A DNA stretch of 58,080 bases, filler included, from Bdellovibrionales bacterium RIFOXYD12_FULL_39_22 (GCA_001770205.1; 2 parts of 2 records of this genome joined end to end with filler, not necessarily neighbours in it), one strand, 5' to 3'. Shown: positions 21,276 through 32,586, numbered from the whole stretch's first letter. Translations and numbers: made by a program. Notes: generated from the letters alone by a model not told the origin.

Positions 21276-23819
21276 ATGATTGATCTTTTACGAACAGTTT
21301 TTGGAACTAAGCAAGATAGAGATTTAAAAGTACTCCGTCCAATAGTTAGTGTTATCAATAGTCTCGAACCTCAAATGCAAAAGATGAGCGACAGCGAATT
21401 ACAAGCTCAAACAGCAAAATTTAGGGGCCAGCTGGCCAATGGAGCAACGCTGGACCAGATTTTACCAGAGGCTTTTGCTACTATTCGCGAAGCATCTATT
21501 CGTGTTTTAAAAATGCGCCATTTTGATGTCCAATTAATGGGAGGTGTGGTTTTACATAATGGAAAGATAGCGGAGATGAAAACCGGAGAGGGAAAAACTC
21601 TAGTGGCCACACTCCCACTATACCTACATGGACTGGCCCAAAAAGGTGCCCACCTAGTAACTGTAAATGACTATCTGGCCCAACGCGACTCTAAGTGGAT
21701 GGGCGAACTTTTACAGTGGCTGGGCCTATCCGTTGGCTGCATCATCTCTGATATGAGTGAAGAGGCACGTCATGCGGCGTATCAAGCAGATGTTACCTAT
21801 GGAACTAATAATGAATTTGCGTTTGATTACCTCCGCGATAATATGAAATTCTCGTTAAAAGATTATGTTCAGCGAGAGCATGTTTTTTGCATCGTTGACG
21901 AGGTTGACTCCATTTTAATTGATGAGGCCAGAACACCACTACTTATTTCTGGCCCCAGCGAAGGCAAATCTCATCTTTATAAAACCGCCAATACCATTAT
22001 TCCCAAACTAGAAAAGGGAGTTCATTTTACGCTGGATGAAAAGGCAAAATCGACTATTTTTACTGACGATGGTATCAGTAAAGTGCAAGAGCTTCTCAAA
22101 GTCGATAATCTTTTCAATATGCAAAATAATGAACTCTTGCACCACCTCAATCAGGCCCTTCGCGCCCATCACCTCTTTACCAAAGATGTTGACTATGTCG
22201 TCCGTGATGATCGCGTTATTATTGTCGATGAATTTACCGGCCGACTAAAAGATGGCTCTCGCTGGTCCGATGGATTACACCAAGCGGTAGAGGCCAAAGA
22301 GGGAGTAGTTATCAAGGCAGAAAACCAGACCTTGGCATCTATCACCTTTCAAAATTATTTTAAACTTTATAAAAAACTGGCCGGTATGACCGGTACGGCC
22401 GACACTGAGGCGGAAGAATTTCGCAAAATTTACAACCTCGACGTAGTTGTTATTCCAACCAACTTGCCAATGATAAGAGACGATCAGGCGGATGTTATCT
22501 ATAAAAATGAAGATGCCAAATACCGTGCAGTAGTGACGCTTATTGAAGAATTACATCAAAAGGGCCAACCAACTCTCGTAGGTACTATCTCTATTGAAAA
22601 TTCGGAAAAGCTTAGCGCCTATCTCCAAAAAAAGAAGATCCCTCATGAAGTTTTAAATGCAAAAAATCATGCTCGCGAAGCACAAATTGTTGCCAATGCG
22701 GGGGCCAAGGGATCGGTAACAATTGCTACTAATATGGCCGGAAGAGGAACCGATATAAAACTAACTTCCGAAACGGCCCAACTGGGCGGCCTTTGCATTA
22801 TAGGAACCGAACGACACGAATCAAGACGTATTGATAATCAGCTCCGAGGCCGATCCGGCCGGCAAGGAGATGCTGGCCGCTCTAAATTTTTCCTCTCTCT
22901 GGAAGATAATCTTATGCGAATTTTTGGTTCGCAAAGAATTTCTGGAATAATGCACACTTTAGGAATGCAAGAGGATGAACCTATTGAACATAAAATGATC
23001 TCAAAGGCCATTGAACGAGCGCAGAAGAAAGTTGAGTCACATAACTTCGAGATTCGAAAACACCTATTAGACTACGATAATGTGATGAATGATCAACGAA
23101 CGGTAATCTATGCCTTACGCCGAGATATTCTATCCGACAACGACAATATTGGATTAGTAAACGAAATGGTTGAAGATGTGGTAACCACATTAATTGAAAA
23201 TAATAAACCACCACGAAAAGTTCCACTCGATCAATGGGATTGGATGGCCATCACAAAGGCCTTTCAGCATACCTTTAATAATAAACTAGAACTAAGCTCT
23301 TCCGAGTGCTACGAAAAATTTGATGCCGATGTAGAAAAATACTTGGCCACTACTGCCAAACAATTATTAACAGACAAGTTTGCGAGATATGAACCCACTC
23401 AAGTAAGTAATGCTTTACGAGAAATTTTGCTATCAATACTTGATCACCATTGGAAAGAGCACCTTCTCTCCATGGATCATCTAAAAGAAGGAATTAATCT
23501 TCGCGCCTACGCACAAAAAGACCCCTTGAACGAATACAAAAGAGAGGCCTTCGAATTATTCACCTCTACAAAAACAGTTATTAAGCAATCTATCGTTAAT
23601 AACATTTTCTATGTTCAGCTATACACACAAGAAGAAGTTGAAGCACTAAAACGCAAACAGCAGGAGATGCTTAATGCTCAAATGGAGGCACATAAGCGTG
23701 CCCGCGCTGCCGAAGAAGGAAAATCGCAAACAGTTAAACGATCTATCCAAAAAGTCGGCCGCAACGATCCTTGTCCATGCGGATCAGGAAAAAAATTTAA
23801 GCAGTGCCATGGAGTCTAG
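21276..23819 (+). CDS. secA: Preprotein translocase subunit SecA
   Basis: [44 protein letters not shown]-terminal SEC-C motif [13 protein letters not shown]. Confidence 0.99.
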   Translation: MIDLLRTVFGTKQDRDLKVLRPIVSVINSLEPQMQKMSDSELQAQTAKFRGQLANGATLDQILPEAFATIREASIRVLKMRHFDVQLMGGVVLHNGKIAEMKTGEGKTLVATLPLYLHGLAQKGAHLVTVNDYLAQRDSKWMGELLQWLGLSVGCIISDMSEEARHAAYQADVTYGTNNEFAFDYLRDNMKFSLKDYVQREHVFCIVDEVDSILIDEARTPLLISGPSEGKSHLYKTANTIIPKLEKGVHFTLDEKAKSTIFTDDGISKVQELLKVDNLFNMQNNELLHHLNQALRAHHLFTKDVDYVVRDDRVIIVDEFTGRLKDGSRWSDGLHQAVEAKEGVVIKAENQTLASITFQNYFKLYKKLAGMTGTADTEAEEFRKIYNLDVVVIPTNLPMIRDDQADVIYKNEDAKYRAVVTLIEELHQKGQPTLVGTISIENSEKLSAYLQKKKIPHEVLNAKNHAREAQIVANAGAKGSVTIATNMAGRGTDIKLTSETAQLGGLCIIGTERHESRRIDNQLRGRSGRQGDAGRSKFFLSLEDNLMRIFGSQRISGIMHTLGMQEDEPIEHKMISKAIERAQKKVESHNFEIRKHLLDYDNVMNDQRTVIYALRRDILSDNDNIGLVNEMVEDVVTTLIENNKPPRKVPLDQWDWMAITKAFQHTFNNKLELSSSECYEKFDADVEKYLATTAKQLLTDKFARYEPTQVSNALREILLSILDHHWKEHLLSMDHLKEGINLRAYAQKDPLNEYKREAFELFTSTKTVIKQSIVNNIFYVQLYTQEEVEALKRKQQEMLNAQMEAHKRARAAEEGKSQTVKRSIQKVGRNDPCPCGSGKKFKQCHGV

Positions 23820-23852
23820 TTGAGGAAGGCCTTAATAAGCTAGGAGTTTTAG

Positions 23853-25088
23853 GTGGTAGATAAGAAGGACTTGACCAGGATTGAAGATCTCTCTGAATAT
23901 TTTCATGAGCTATCTGCGCAAGATCCAATTGATACCGACGAATCCTTCGCCGATCAAGAGTCCATTGAAAAAACAGAAACTTCTCTAGAACAAAGCTCAC
24001 TAAATGACCTAGATGATATTCCAGAACTTCCTCCTTCTGAAGAAGACAATGCTGATTTTTCTACTGATAGCGGCCATGAGGATGATTCATTTGAAATTCC
24101 ATCTATTGATACGCTATCTGCGCAAGAAGAAATTGCAGAAATCAACGCAGAAGTTGATGCAGAAGTTGATGAAAATCAAGCTGACAGGCCCTCACCACAA
24201 GAGGAATTTCTTTCGCCTGAACCATTGATAGTCCCAACTGCTGATGAGAACCCTGCCACGCAAACTCCCCAGGCAACTCCCCAACAAGATTTTTCTGATC
24301 TAAAAACATTTGCGCAAAATATTGCTTATGGCGAAATTTCCTCTAGTGGCAATCCTCCTTATAGCATTGTTATAACCAACATAGCTTTCAAGGAGGAGGC
24401 CGAGGAAATTTTTGAAATATTAAAAGAACATAAAATTATAACCAAAGATAATGAATTAATATTAAAACAAGGCCTCGATCATGGCGCAATACTTATTTCC
24501 CAGATCGGGGAATATTCAGCCGTCTACTTGGCGCATCAGCTTAGACGTTTTAATATTTCAATGAAAATGGGCCTCTCGGAGGAATTGCGCCCCAGTTCAA
24601 CTACGCAAAATACTTTCAAGGGGCCAATTAGTCGACACAACATCAGACAAAATAAAACTACGGCCATGAATCTAACTCAAAAGATGGCCTCTATTGACTC
24701 CATTCTGGTGTCAACTACTCCCTCTCTGCCCAATTATAATATTTTAAAATATATCGATATAATCACTGAGCAAACAGTTATCTCAGAAGCAGAATTAATT
24801 GCTCTTTCAAACCGTCAAGAAGATGATAAGGCAATAGAACAAAATCCTTTCGAATCATCCAAAGATGGCCTATCCGAGGGAATAAATCATATCTATCATT
24901 ACCTGACTAACAAGCTCAAAGAACATGCACTGCGCCTAAATGGCAATGCCGTCATAGGCATTACTTACCAATTAACTCCGCTTCCCAATCTGGCCAGTGA
25001 TAATAAGAATAAAAAAATTACAAACTCTGTTAATTATAAAATAACCTGCACCGGCAACGTCGTGCTATTATCAGATTATGGGCAATAG
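23853..25088 (+). CDS. Hypothetical protein with an acidic disordered N-terminus and a YbjQ/UPF0145-like C-terminal domain
   Basis: ILVSTTPSLPNYNILKY ... LKEHALRLNGNAVIGI resembles YbjQ; SD AGGAG before the GTG. Confidence 0.7.
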   Translation: MVDKKDLTRIEDLSEYFHELSAQDPIDTDESFADQESIEKTETSLEQSSLNDLDDIPELPPSEEDNADFSTDSGHEDDSFEIPSIDTLSAQEEIAEINAEVDAEVDENQADRPSPQEEFLSPEPLIVPTADENPATQTPQATPQQDFSDLKTFAQNIAYGEISSSGNPPYSIVITNIAFKEEAEEIFEILKEHKIITKDNELILKQGLDHGAILISQIGEYSAVYLAHQLRRFNISMKMGLSEELRPSSTTQNTFKGPISRHNIRQNKTTAMNLTQKMASIDSILVSTTPSLPNYNILKYIDIITEQTVISEAELIALSNRQEDDKAIEQNPFESSKDGLSEGINHIYHYLTNKLKEHALRLNGNAVIGITYQLTPLPNLASDNKNKKITNSVNYKITCTGNVVLLSDYGQ

Positions 25089-26529
25089 TCTTATTGATAT
25101 TGATGGTGAGTATAATACTCTTATTATTGGTGGCGGTATCGTCGGGGCAGGAATTTTTCGCGATCTCTCTTTACACTCCGTTAAAGCGCTTTTGATTGAT
25201 AAATTCGATTTTGCCTCACAAACTAGTTCCTCTAGCTCTAAGATGTTTCATGGCGGTATTCGTTACTTAGCATCTCTAGATTTTGGCCTAGTTTGGGAGG
25301 CGCTGCATGAAAAAAACCTATGGCTAAAATTAGCACCTCATCTTTGCATTGAGCGACCTTTTTTAATCCCCACTTATAAACAGTCTGCCAATGGCCTTTT
25401 GGCCATGCACCTAGGTGTTAAGCTATACGATCTACTCTCTTCTTTTCAAAACTCTCCCTCTAAAGCACTTTCACGTACAAATATCAAAAAAGCATATCCA
25501 TGTCTGACACAAGAGAATTTAACTGGTGGAGTAATCTATTACGATGCCATCGCCGATGATTGCAAAATAACATTGGAAAGCATTTATGATGGAATCCTTG
25601 CCAATAAAGCTTCTCGGGCACTCAACTATGTCGAAATAACTGCCCTGCAAGAAGATAGCGAAGATGGCCACATTGTTGAGCTATATGATAATCTGGCCGC
25701 AAAAAAAAGAACCATCCGTGCTAAAAACATAATTTTTGCTACTGGCCCATTTACTGATACTCTTTTGGCCAAGCTTGGATTTAGCAATTGGTCTCCAGCA
25801 ATTTTACCTACTAAGGGTTCGCATATCTGGCTAAAAAAATCATCGCTTAACATTGACACTCCAGCAGTTTTACAAACCAAGGATGGAAGAATAATTTTTG
25901 TCATGCCATATCCAGATAAAATTCTTGTTGGAACTACCGAAATTATTTTGCAAAGTGCTGATTTTAACATTCGCCCAACAAATGAAGAAATTGACTATAT
26001 TTTAGACAACATTGCCGCTTATTTCCCCGACTTCGAGGCCAACCACTCCCAGATAATTTCTAGCTATGCAGGAATTCGTCCTTTAGTGCTAGAAAATAGT
26101 ACCGGCGCTGCAAAGAATGCTCATAAGGTATCTCGCAATCACAAAGTGTTTACCATCGGTACAAATATTTCTGTAATTATCGGAGGCAAACTAACCACCT
26201 ATCGCACCATGGGACAAAAACTCTCGGCCAAAATTGTTAAACAAAATGGCAGAAACTACGATGCTTCTAAATCCAAACAACCCCTAAGTTACCGCTCTAA
26301 AATCTTGCCATTTGAGCGTAAAAAAAATATCTCTCCAGAAGATATTTTTGATATTATTACTAATGAAAAAATTCGAACTTTTGAAGATTTGGTAAAACGA
26401 AGAATGGGAATATATACTCTTGCTCACTGGCACTACCAACAAGATTTCAAAGGTCTCTTCCTCTCAATCTTTGAAAAAATAAAAGATCGTATTAAAATAT
26501 CAAAAGAAGAAATAGAATCATTTAACTAG
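25078..26529 (+). CDS. glpD: FAD-dependent glycerol-3-phosphate dehydrogenase/oxidase
   Basis: IIGGGIVGAG, DFASQTSSSSSKMFHGGIRYL, KGSH, YAGIRPL, GGKLTTYR. Confidence 0.9.
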   Translation: MGNSLIDIDGEYNTLIIGGGIVGAGIFRDLSLHSVKALLIDKFDFASQTSSSSSKMFHGGIRYLASLDFGLVWEALHEKNLWLKLAPHLCIERPFLIPTYKQSANGLLAMHLGVKLYDLLSSFQNSPSKALSRTNIKKAYPCLTQENLTGGVIYYDAIADDCKITLESIYDGILANKASRALNYVEITALQEDSEDGHIVELYDNLAAKKRTIRAKNIIFATGPFTDTLLAKLGFSNWSPAILPTKGSHIWLKKSSLNIDTPAVLQTKDGRIIFVMPYPDKILVGTTEIILQSADFNIRPTNEEIDYILDNIAAYFPDFEANHSQIISSYAGIRPLVLENSTGAAKNAHKVSRNHKVFTIGTNISVIIGGKLTTYRTMGQKLSAKIVKQNGRNYDASKSKQPLSYRSKILPFERKKNISPEDIFDIITNEKIRTFEDLVKRRMGIYTLAHWHYQQDFKGLFLSIFEKIKDRIKISKEEIESFN

Positions 26530-26545
26530 TTGAGACATCTTAGAT

Positions 26546-27262
26546 ATGGATAAAAATAATACCAAGTACTACTTAAAAAATTTAGATCCCGACGAGGTAA
26601 CTTCTTTTTTAGCAAAACTTAAACAGGCCCAAGTGGATATCTACATCTGGGAAAAAGAGTCCTCTCTGGTGGATACTTATCAGGTAGAACAATTTGACAA
26701 AAACATCAAAGATAAAATTTTCCTAACTCCCACCAAAATTAATTCGCAAGCTACTTTTGAACACGCCTTTACCAAAGATGTCTTAATAAAAACACAGCTG
26801 GATAAAACCCAATATTTTTCTAACACTACGCTGCACTTCACCGGTATTGATTATATCATTCGCCTGAATAATCCTATTTTCAAAGGCGTTCAGCGGGCAA
26901 ATTGTCGACTTAGTGCAGATAATAAATTTTTAAAAGTTTCGGTTGAAATAGAAAAGAGCAAATTCCTAGGCAACGATATTTCTGCTGGCGGAGTTAGCTT
27001 CTGGGTTCCAGAAAATGAAGTTAACAACTTCAATGCGGGACAATTGTTACATAATTTCACTGTTCAATTTAACAATGCTAATTACCAAATTATTCTGGCC
27101 AAAATTGTCTGCAATAATAAGAGCGACTTTAAGGATGAAAGTGGAAAGCTTTGCAACAAAGTGGCCGTAGAATTCATAGACCTACCTCCGCATATCGATG
27201 AGCAGCTTTATCGTCAAATCAATAGCGAGATGCGCTCTCTGGCCATTCGTAACGGATTTTAG
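26546..27262 (+). CDS. PilZ domain protein (c-di-GMP effector)
   Basis: QRANCR (RxxxR) and DISAGG (DxSxxG). Confidence 0.85.
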   Translation: MDKNNTKYYLKNLDPDEVTSFLAKLKQAQVDIYIWEKESSLVDTYQVEQFDKNIKDKIFLTPTKINSQATFEHAFTKDVLIKTQLDKTQYFSNTTLHFTGIDYIIRLNNPIFKGVQRANCRLSADNKFLKVSVEIEKSKFLGNDISAGGVSFWVPENEVNNFNAGQLLHNFTVQFNNANYQIILAKIVCNNKSDFKDESGKLCNKVAVEFIDLPPHIDEQLYRQINSEMRSLAIRNGF

Positions 27263-27275
27263 CACTGAAAAAAGC

Positions 27276-27343
27276 CTAGACTATTTTGGATAGTATTCCC
27301 AAAAAGTCTTGACTTTTTGGGAATACTATCCAAAATAGTCTAG
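27276..27343. repeat. 68-bp palindrome (perfect 33-bp arms, TT centre) over the putative promoter of the next gene
   Basis: CTAGACTATTTTGGATAGTATTCCCAAAAAGTC-TT-GACTTTTTGGGAATACTATCCAAAATAGTCTAG. Confidence 0.95.
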
Positions 27344-28506
27344 TGAAAAGATATCTAGCAATTCCCATACTGAAAGATTTACCCAACAAAATAGTTCTAC
27401 TCTCTGGCCCACGCCAATCAGGAAAAACGACTCTTTCAAAAATGCTCTTTACCAATTATGAGTATCTAAATTATGACCATGGACACCATCGTACTCGTAT
27501 AGAAAAAAAAGATTGGGATCGAAAAACCCCACTCGTGATCCTTGATGAGCTACATAAAATGTCGCAATGGAAAAGATGGTTAAAGGGAATTTTTGACGTC
27601 GAAGGCATTCCTCCCTCTCTGCTGGTCACAGGTAGTGCTAAGCTTGATACCTATAGAAAAGTAGGGGATTCTCTGGCCGGACGATTTTTTGCTTTTCGCC
27701 TACATCCATTAGATTTGAAAGAACTTAAAAATTTTTCTCCGGATGATAACAAATTTGATCTGCAAAAATCTTTTGAAACTCTTTTGCAAATTGGTGGGTT
27801 CCCTGGGCCATATTTAGAAGGAAGTATGGCCTATTACAAACGCTGGAGGAATTCTCACTTGGACATTATTGTCCGGCAAGATCTTATAACTTTGGAGCGC
27901 GTTACCAATATCACGGGAATAGAAAACTTAATCAGACTCCTTCGAAATAGAGTTGGATCAACTATTTCTCACAATAATTTGGCCAATGACTTAGGTATTG
28001 ATCCAAAAACAGTAAAAAACTGGCTAGATATTCTTGAACGCCTTTATGTTATTTTCAAGGTCACTCCTTTTTCAAAAAAAATAAAAGATTCTATTCTCAA
28101 GGCACCCAAATATTATTTTTACGACAACGGCCAAGTTGAAGGAGATAATGGCGTAAAATTAGAAAATTTAGTGGCCTGTGCCCTATTAAAAGAATTGCAC
28201 TTTATTCATGACATCTATGGGGAAGATGTTGAATTGAATTTTTTACGCACTAAACGTGGTGAAGAGATAGATTTTCTTGTTTCCATAAACCGAAAACCAA
28301 TGATGATGATAGAAGTTAAGTGGGCCGAAGACAGTATCAGTAAAGGTTTTTATCTCTTTGAAAAATTTATACCGAATATTCCCAAAATCCAATTGGTGGG
28401 AATGCTAAAGCGAGAAATATCTTTGGGCCCTTTAACTGAGATTAGGGCGGCGGCCAAGTGGCTGTCCAATATGTCCTTATGGGATGGCGGGCAACAGTTA
28501 AAGTAA
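27343..28506 (+). CDS. AAA_14 / DUF4143 ATP-binding protein with a C-terminal PD-(D/E)XK-like motif
   Basis: GPRQSGKT, ILDELH, TGS, SLAGR, GGFP, KYYFYDNG, EIDF...IEVK. Confidence 0.92.
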   Translation: MKRYLAIPILKDLPNKIVLLSGPRQSGKTTLSKMLFTNYEYLNYDHGHHRTRIEKKDWDRKTPLVILDELHKMSQWKRWLKGIFDVEGIPPSLLVTGSAKLDTYRKVGDSLAGRFFAFRLHPLDLKELKNFSPDDNKFDLQKSFETLLQIGGFPGPYLEGSMAYYKRWRNSHLDIIVRQDLITLERVTNITGIENLIRLLRNRVGSTISHNNLANDLGIDPKTVKNWLDILERLYVIFKVTPFSKKIKDSILKAPKYYFYDNGQVEGDNGVKLENLVACALLKELHFIHDIYGEDVELNFLRTKRGEEIDFLVSINRKPMMMIEVKWAEDSISKGFYLFEKFIPNIPKIQLVGMLKREISLGPLTEIRAAAKWLSNMSLWDGGQQLK

Positions 28507-28636
28507 CCTCTGCTTGTTTGCACCAACAACAATCTCTATTGGTGTGGTGGTTCAGAAAAAGGAAAAAACTTTGAATTTTAGTCGATTAACAATTTATAAA
28601 TCATAATTATAAATTACGCCAAAGGTGAATTTGTTC

Positions 28637-29647
28637 CTATTCTTCCACAAATTTTTTAATCGTAGTGCAAAAATCTTGTCTGGATTTTTCCCAGGTATAG
28701 AACATGTGTCCTCCATTGAAATTTTTAAGCGAAATCTTCTTTTTTTGTTCTGGAGTTAGTCGCATCTGACTTACTAGTCGCTTAGAGGCAAAATATGGGG
28801 TTACCATGTCGTGGTTTCCATGAACGATTATTATTTTCATGTGCGGATTAAGCGCCATTCCAAAACGAAGCTCATCGGTTGCCCCAACTTGTCGGTTAAA
28901 GGCATGAGTCTCTTCCATCTTCCAGGCATGATTTACCTCATGACTTAAAAGATGATATTCTCGTTCAGTGTCTAATTTTAAATAATGTCGGATATGAGCA
29001 TTAATGCCAGAGGCAAATAGACGTTCAGGTCCTGCCAGTGATGGATCTGGATAGGGAAGGCCTTCGCGATCTGGGAAGGGATTTAGTGCTTTAACAGAAG
29101 AATCATAAAAGCCAATAACCATCTGTTCTTTTTTCAATAACATCTTGGCATAATGCCAAAAAGGAAGGCGGCCATTGGCAAGCTTAACTTCTTCATGGTC
29201 CAGACCTAAGTAATCTGCCATCTCTTCTAAAATAGTGCTTCGTTCTTTTTCAGGTATAGTATCACCTTGAGACAAGAGGCGCATCATTTTGTCTTGAGCA
29301 AAATTTTCGGCACTGGTCAATATTTCTGCAGTTGGAGTTTTTACACTAAATTTTTTCGACTTTCCATGCCAGTACGCAGTTAAGGCAAGAGTGGGAAAAA
29401 GATCTGTCCAAGGAGAGATATCGTAATCGAAAGGATCAAGTAGTACGAATTCAAGGGCAGGAGAGATAATGATTACCCCACTTAGTCCAACGCCATAGTT
29501 TTCCTGTAAACGTTTGGCAAGAGCGGCACACCTGAACCCACCATAGCTTTCTCCGGCAATATATACAGGTGATTCCCAGCGACTATGCTTGGAAAGAAAC
29601 CGTTGAATAAATTCGCCAAAGGACTCTAGATCCCTATTTAAAAAACT
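28637..29647 (-). pseudogene. Peptidase S10 (serine carboxypeptidase), 5'-truncated
   Basis: The frame is open upstream of the track start through YIAGESYGG (catalytic Ser) to an in-frame TGA at 29648-29650; HGNHDMVTP and GGHMFY. Confidence 0.8.
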
Positions 29648-29730
29648 TCAAGGACTTGTGGCCCATAAAAAAACCAAACTCTCCACCGAAGATTTATTAG
29701 ATCAAATGTTAGATGAGGCCATCAAAAAAG

Positions 29731-29830
29731 NNNNNNNNNNNNNNNNNNNNNNNNNNNNNNNNNNNNNNNNNNNNTTAATTAATTAANNNNNNNNNNNNNN
29801 NNNNNNNNNNNNNNNNNNNNNNNNNNNNNN
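29731..29830. other. Artificial contig linker N44-TTAATTAATTAA-N44
   Basis: Self-complementary 12-mer with stops in all frames, centred in a 100-nt spacer. Confidence 0.95.
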
Positions 29831-29832
29831 TA

Positions 29833-29904
29833 AAGTCCTTAGGTGTTGAAGTAAATCACTACACCAAAGAAAAGATTGAAGCGGTGACAAAGATCTCTGC
29901 ATAA
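29833..29904 (+). CDS. 3' end of an unknown gene cut by the gap
   Basis: Open frame KSLGVEVNHYTKEKIEAVTKISA*. Confidence 0.35.
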   Translation, partial: KSLGVEVNHYTKEKIEAVTKISA

Positions 29905-30125
29905 GTTGGTTTAACATTTTAAAATTGTATGAGAGTGTACAAAATACAACAGCGTAAAAAAAAATAGTCGTTTTTCCAGTTTTTATCTAAAAAATACCCA
30001 CCTTCGGCAGCTATTTCAGCTTAGAGCACAAAAAGCATTCGAACTCTCTGCCATCCAAACAAGATTTGAAAAGTTTTGTGACATTCAAAAAAAAATAGTT
30101 ATAATGGTTTGAATAGCTTGATAAG

Positions 30126-30215
30126 TGGTGCCTGAGGCGAGACTTGAACTCGCACGGTCTTTTTAAAACCGAGGGATTTTAAGTCCCTTGTGTCTACCGA
30201 TTCCACCACCCAGGC
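30126..30215 (-). tRNA. tRNA-Leu(TAA)
   Basis: GCCTGGG acceptor start, anticodon loop CT-TAA-AA, long variable arm, GTTCAAGTC, CCA. Confidence 0.95.
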
Positions 30216-30271
30216 GCTGTTTAGGAATGAGAGATATGTTGAACTATTCACGGGCCAATTGTCAACACAAA

Positions 30272-32017
30272 ATGAGGCAAAGTCTCAGAATATATTCTTT
30301 GGCCTGGCCCATCTTTGTAGTTGGAGTAGTTGGAAATTTATTACTTTTTTTTGCATGCAGCACTACTGGCCAAGAAAAAGATTCGGCCTCCGAGGATAAG
30401 CTTTTGGCCACTGAGATGCCGGAGCCTTTTTGGCTAAAAGTAGATGAACGTTTTTCTTTTACTGATAGAGATGGAAATTATTTGTATCATCCCTTTTTTG
30501 ATAATGGCCCGTTTGTGAAAATGCAAGAGGCCAGTGACTCTGAAAAAATTTTTGCGGAACCAGCTGAGGCGGAAGAGGCCGAACAGGTAATTAACGAAGG
30601 GCAAGAGCTAAGTGAGACGGTTGATGTTGATGAGTTAGGAGTAGGGGGGGAAGGGGCGACAGAGGCAGATAGCAGTTCTGCGCCAGATCCGGCGATGGAG
30701 GTGGCACAGCAAAGTATTACCGAGCAGTTGGAGATTACCCCTGTTGACGGAAAACTAATTTTGAATTTTTTTGTAACAACTCCCGCCGATAGTGCATATC
30801 TTTACGATTTTGATCTAGTTTCGGGAAAATTATTTACCAAGTTTAAATATTGTGAACAAAAAGATATTTGGAAAAACTACAAAAGCACTATCGAGCGACC
30901 GATGTTTACCAGCGGAATCGTTCCTCGCATTTTAGACCAATTAGGTCATCCGCAGCAAATTATTGTATTTGGCAATGATGATTTTTTTAAAAAAACTTTT
31001 GATGAGAATAGTGATTTACCCATGCGACAGGCCAAAATTGTGGGCGGAGTGGTTGAGCAGTATTGCGAAGTTTATCCCTGTTCAAGCAGCGGAGAGTGGT
31101 TATCTAGACAGATAATGGTGGCGGTGAGTGTTGATGATCAAGAGTTTTTTGAAGTGGATAATTTGGAGCAACTAAAGCGAAAAGTAGATTGGCCAGAGGT
31201 CTTGGCATTTTTGCAAAATGGCCAAGGACGGGCCATATTAAATAGTGTTAGTTATGTAGGGGCCCGAGAAGAACGACGAGAAGAAGAGAATCCGGCCTTT
31301 CGCTACATTGGGGAAATATCTGTTGAAAACGTTATTACTTACGCCAATAAAGTTGGCCATATTTTTGGCCTTTCAGAATTGCAAGCACTGAGATCGAGTT
31401 GTCATAAACTTTATGATTTTTTATGGAGTATTGCAGATAAGGCAAAGTTAAAAAAATTGCAAAAGATGAACATCGATAATGCCTCTCTTTTTGCGGCCAA
31501 CTTTGGTAGCTTTTATAGTAAATATGGCAAGGAATTGGCCATCTGTTCAAAATATGTGCGGGCCGCGAATATAAATCAAAGTATTGAGCGACACTGGTTT
31601 TTTGCTTTTCTTTCTGGATTTATAAAGCTTACTCAGCAAGGCAATATCTATTTTTGTAATCAACGGGTTTGGACAGAGAATATTATCGACAATAATGGGA
31701 AGTTACAATTTAATCCAGCGGAAAATTATAAAAGTTGTACGGATACTGATATGGAGTTTGGATTTAATATGATGAGTAGTTATCTAGAACAACAACAAAA
31801 GGCCGGGCGTACTCATCTTCGTTATATAACCTACGATAGTGGAATTGGGCGCACCCATAATAAACTCTATTCCTGGGCCCAAATGAGTGGAAAGCGACTT
31901 AGTTGTACAGATAAAAAGGAGCAAGAAGTGGCGGATCTTCCCTACGAAATATTTCCAAAAGATGTTCGGTGGACAAAGTTGGATAGTTCGGCGACACGAG
32001 ATGATTTGATTTATTAA
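30272..32017 (+). CDS. Hypothetical lipoprotein with an acidic insertion and several Cys
   Basis: Lipobox-like LLFFAC; the track start at 30188 overlaps the tRNA, so ATG 30272 is preferred. Confidence 0.75.
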   Translation: MRQSLRIYSLAWPIFVVGVVGNLLLFFACSTTGQEKDSASEDKLLATEMPEPFWLKVDERFSFTDRDGNYLYHPFFDNGPFVKMQEASDSEKIFAEPAEAEEAEQVINEGQELSETVDVDELGVGGEGATEADSSSAPDPAMEVAQQSITEQLEITPVDGKLILNFFVTTPADSAYLYDFDLVSGKLFTKFKYCEQKDIWKNYKSTIERPMFTSGIVPRILDQLGHPQQIIVFGNDDFFKKTFDENSDLPMRQAKIVGGVVEQYCEVYPCSSSGEWLSRQIMVAVSVDDQEFFEVDNLEQLKRKVDWPEVLAFLQNGQGRAILNSVSYVGAREERREEENPAFRYIGEISVENVITYANKVGHIFGLSELQALRSSCHKLYDFLWSIADKAKLKKLQKMNIDNASLFAANFGSFYSKYGKELAICSKYVRAANINQSIERHWFFAFLSGFIKLTQQGNIYFCNQRVWTENIIDNNGKLQFNPAENYKSCTDTDMEFGFNMMSSYLEQQQKAGRTHLRYITYDSGIGRTHNKLYSWAQMSGKRLSCTDKKEQEVADLPYEIFPKDVRWTKLDSSATRDDLIY

Positions 32018-32085
32018 AAATAAAATAGATACTGATACTGAGATATGTAGACTGTAGATGATGAACAAAAAAGCGAGATAGAGAG

Positions 32086-32586
32086 ATGATTTCCAAACAT
32101 TATATAAGGGATGATACTTTAGCGGAACGTTTTGCAAAATTGTATCAACCGAATTTAATTAAAGGTAAGTTTTTGGAATGGCTTTACGCTAGTGGACTTA
32201 ATCCTTTGGTGATTGGAGAGAGTTGCTGTGTGCAGGAATTTTCTTCGTTATTAGATATGGAGAGTTTGGATTTTTTACTAGATAGTGGTGGAGTGTCAAG
32301 TAGGATGGAGTTAGCGGATGTTTTAGTAGTGGCAGGGCCTATTACGGTAAAATTTGCGGACAGATTTAAAGAAATTTTTGATTCCATGTCACGGCCATTT
32401 TGGGTGATAGCAATTGGTGCTTGTGCCTCGTCTGGAGGAATTTTTCGTTCAGAAAAAGTTATTCAAGGGATAAGTGCTATTGCTCCTGTAGATATTTATA
32501 TTCCTGGGTGTCCACCTACTCGTGAAAGTATCATTGATGGATTTTATAAATTACGGGAGCGTATAACTAAAAGGGAGCGGCCTTGA
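32086..32586 (+). CDS. nuoB: NuoB-like Fe-S subunit (divergent)
   Basis: SCC tandem Cys, ADVLVVAG, GACASSGG, VDIYIPGCPP. Confidence 0.85.
   Translation: MISKHYIRDDTLAERFAKLYQPNLIKGKFLEWLYASGLNPLVIGESCCVQEFSSLLDMESLDFLLDSGGVSSRMELADVLVVAGPITVKFADRFKEIFDSMSRPFWVIAIGACASSGGIFRSEKVIQGISAIAPVDIYIPGCPPTRESIIDGFYKLRERITKRERP

Noticed and set aside
29775..29786. TTAATTAATTAA palindrome
   Set aside because: Centred in N runs; an artificial contig linker, not biology
30188..30271. Track N-terminal extension of the 609-aa ORF
   Set aside because: Overlaps tRNA-Leu; the lipoprotein signal fits a start at 30272
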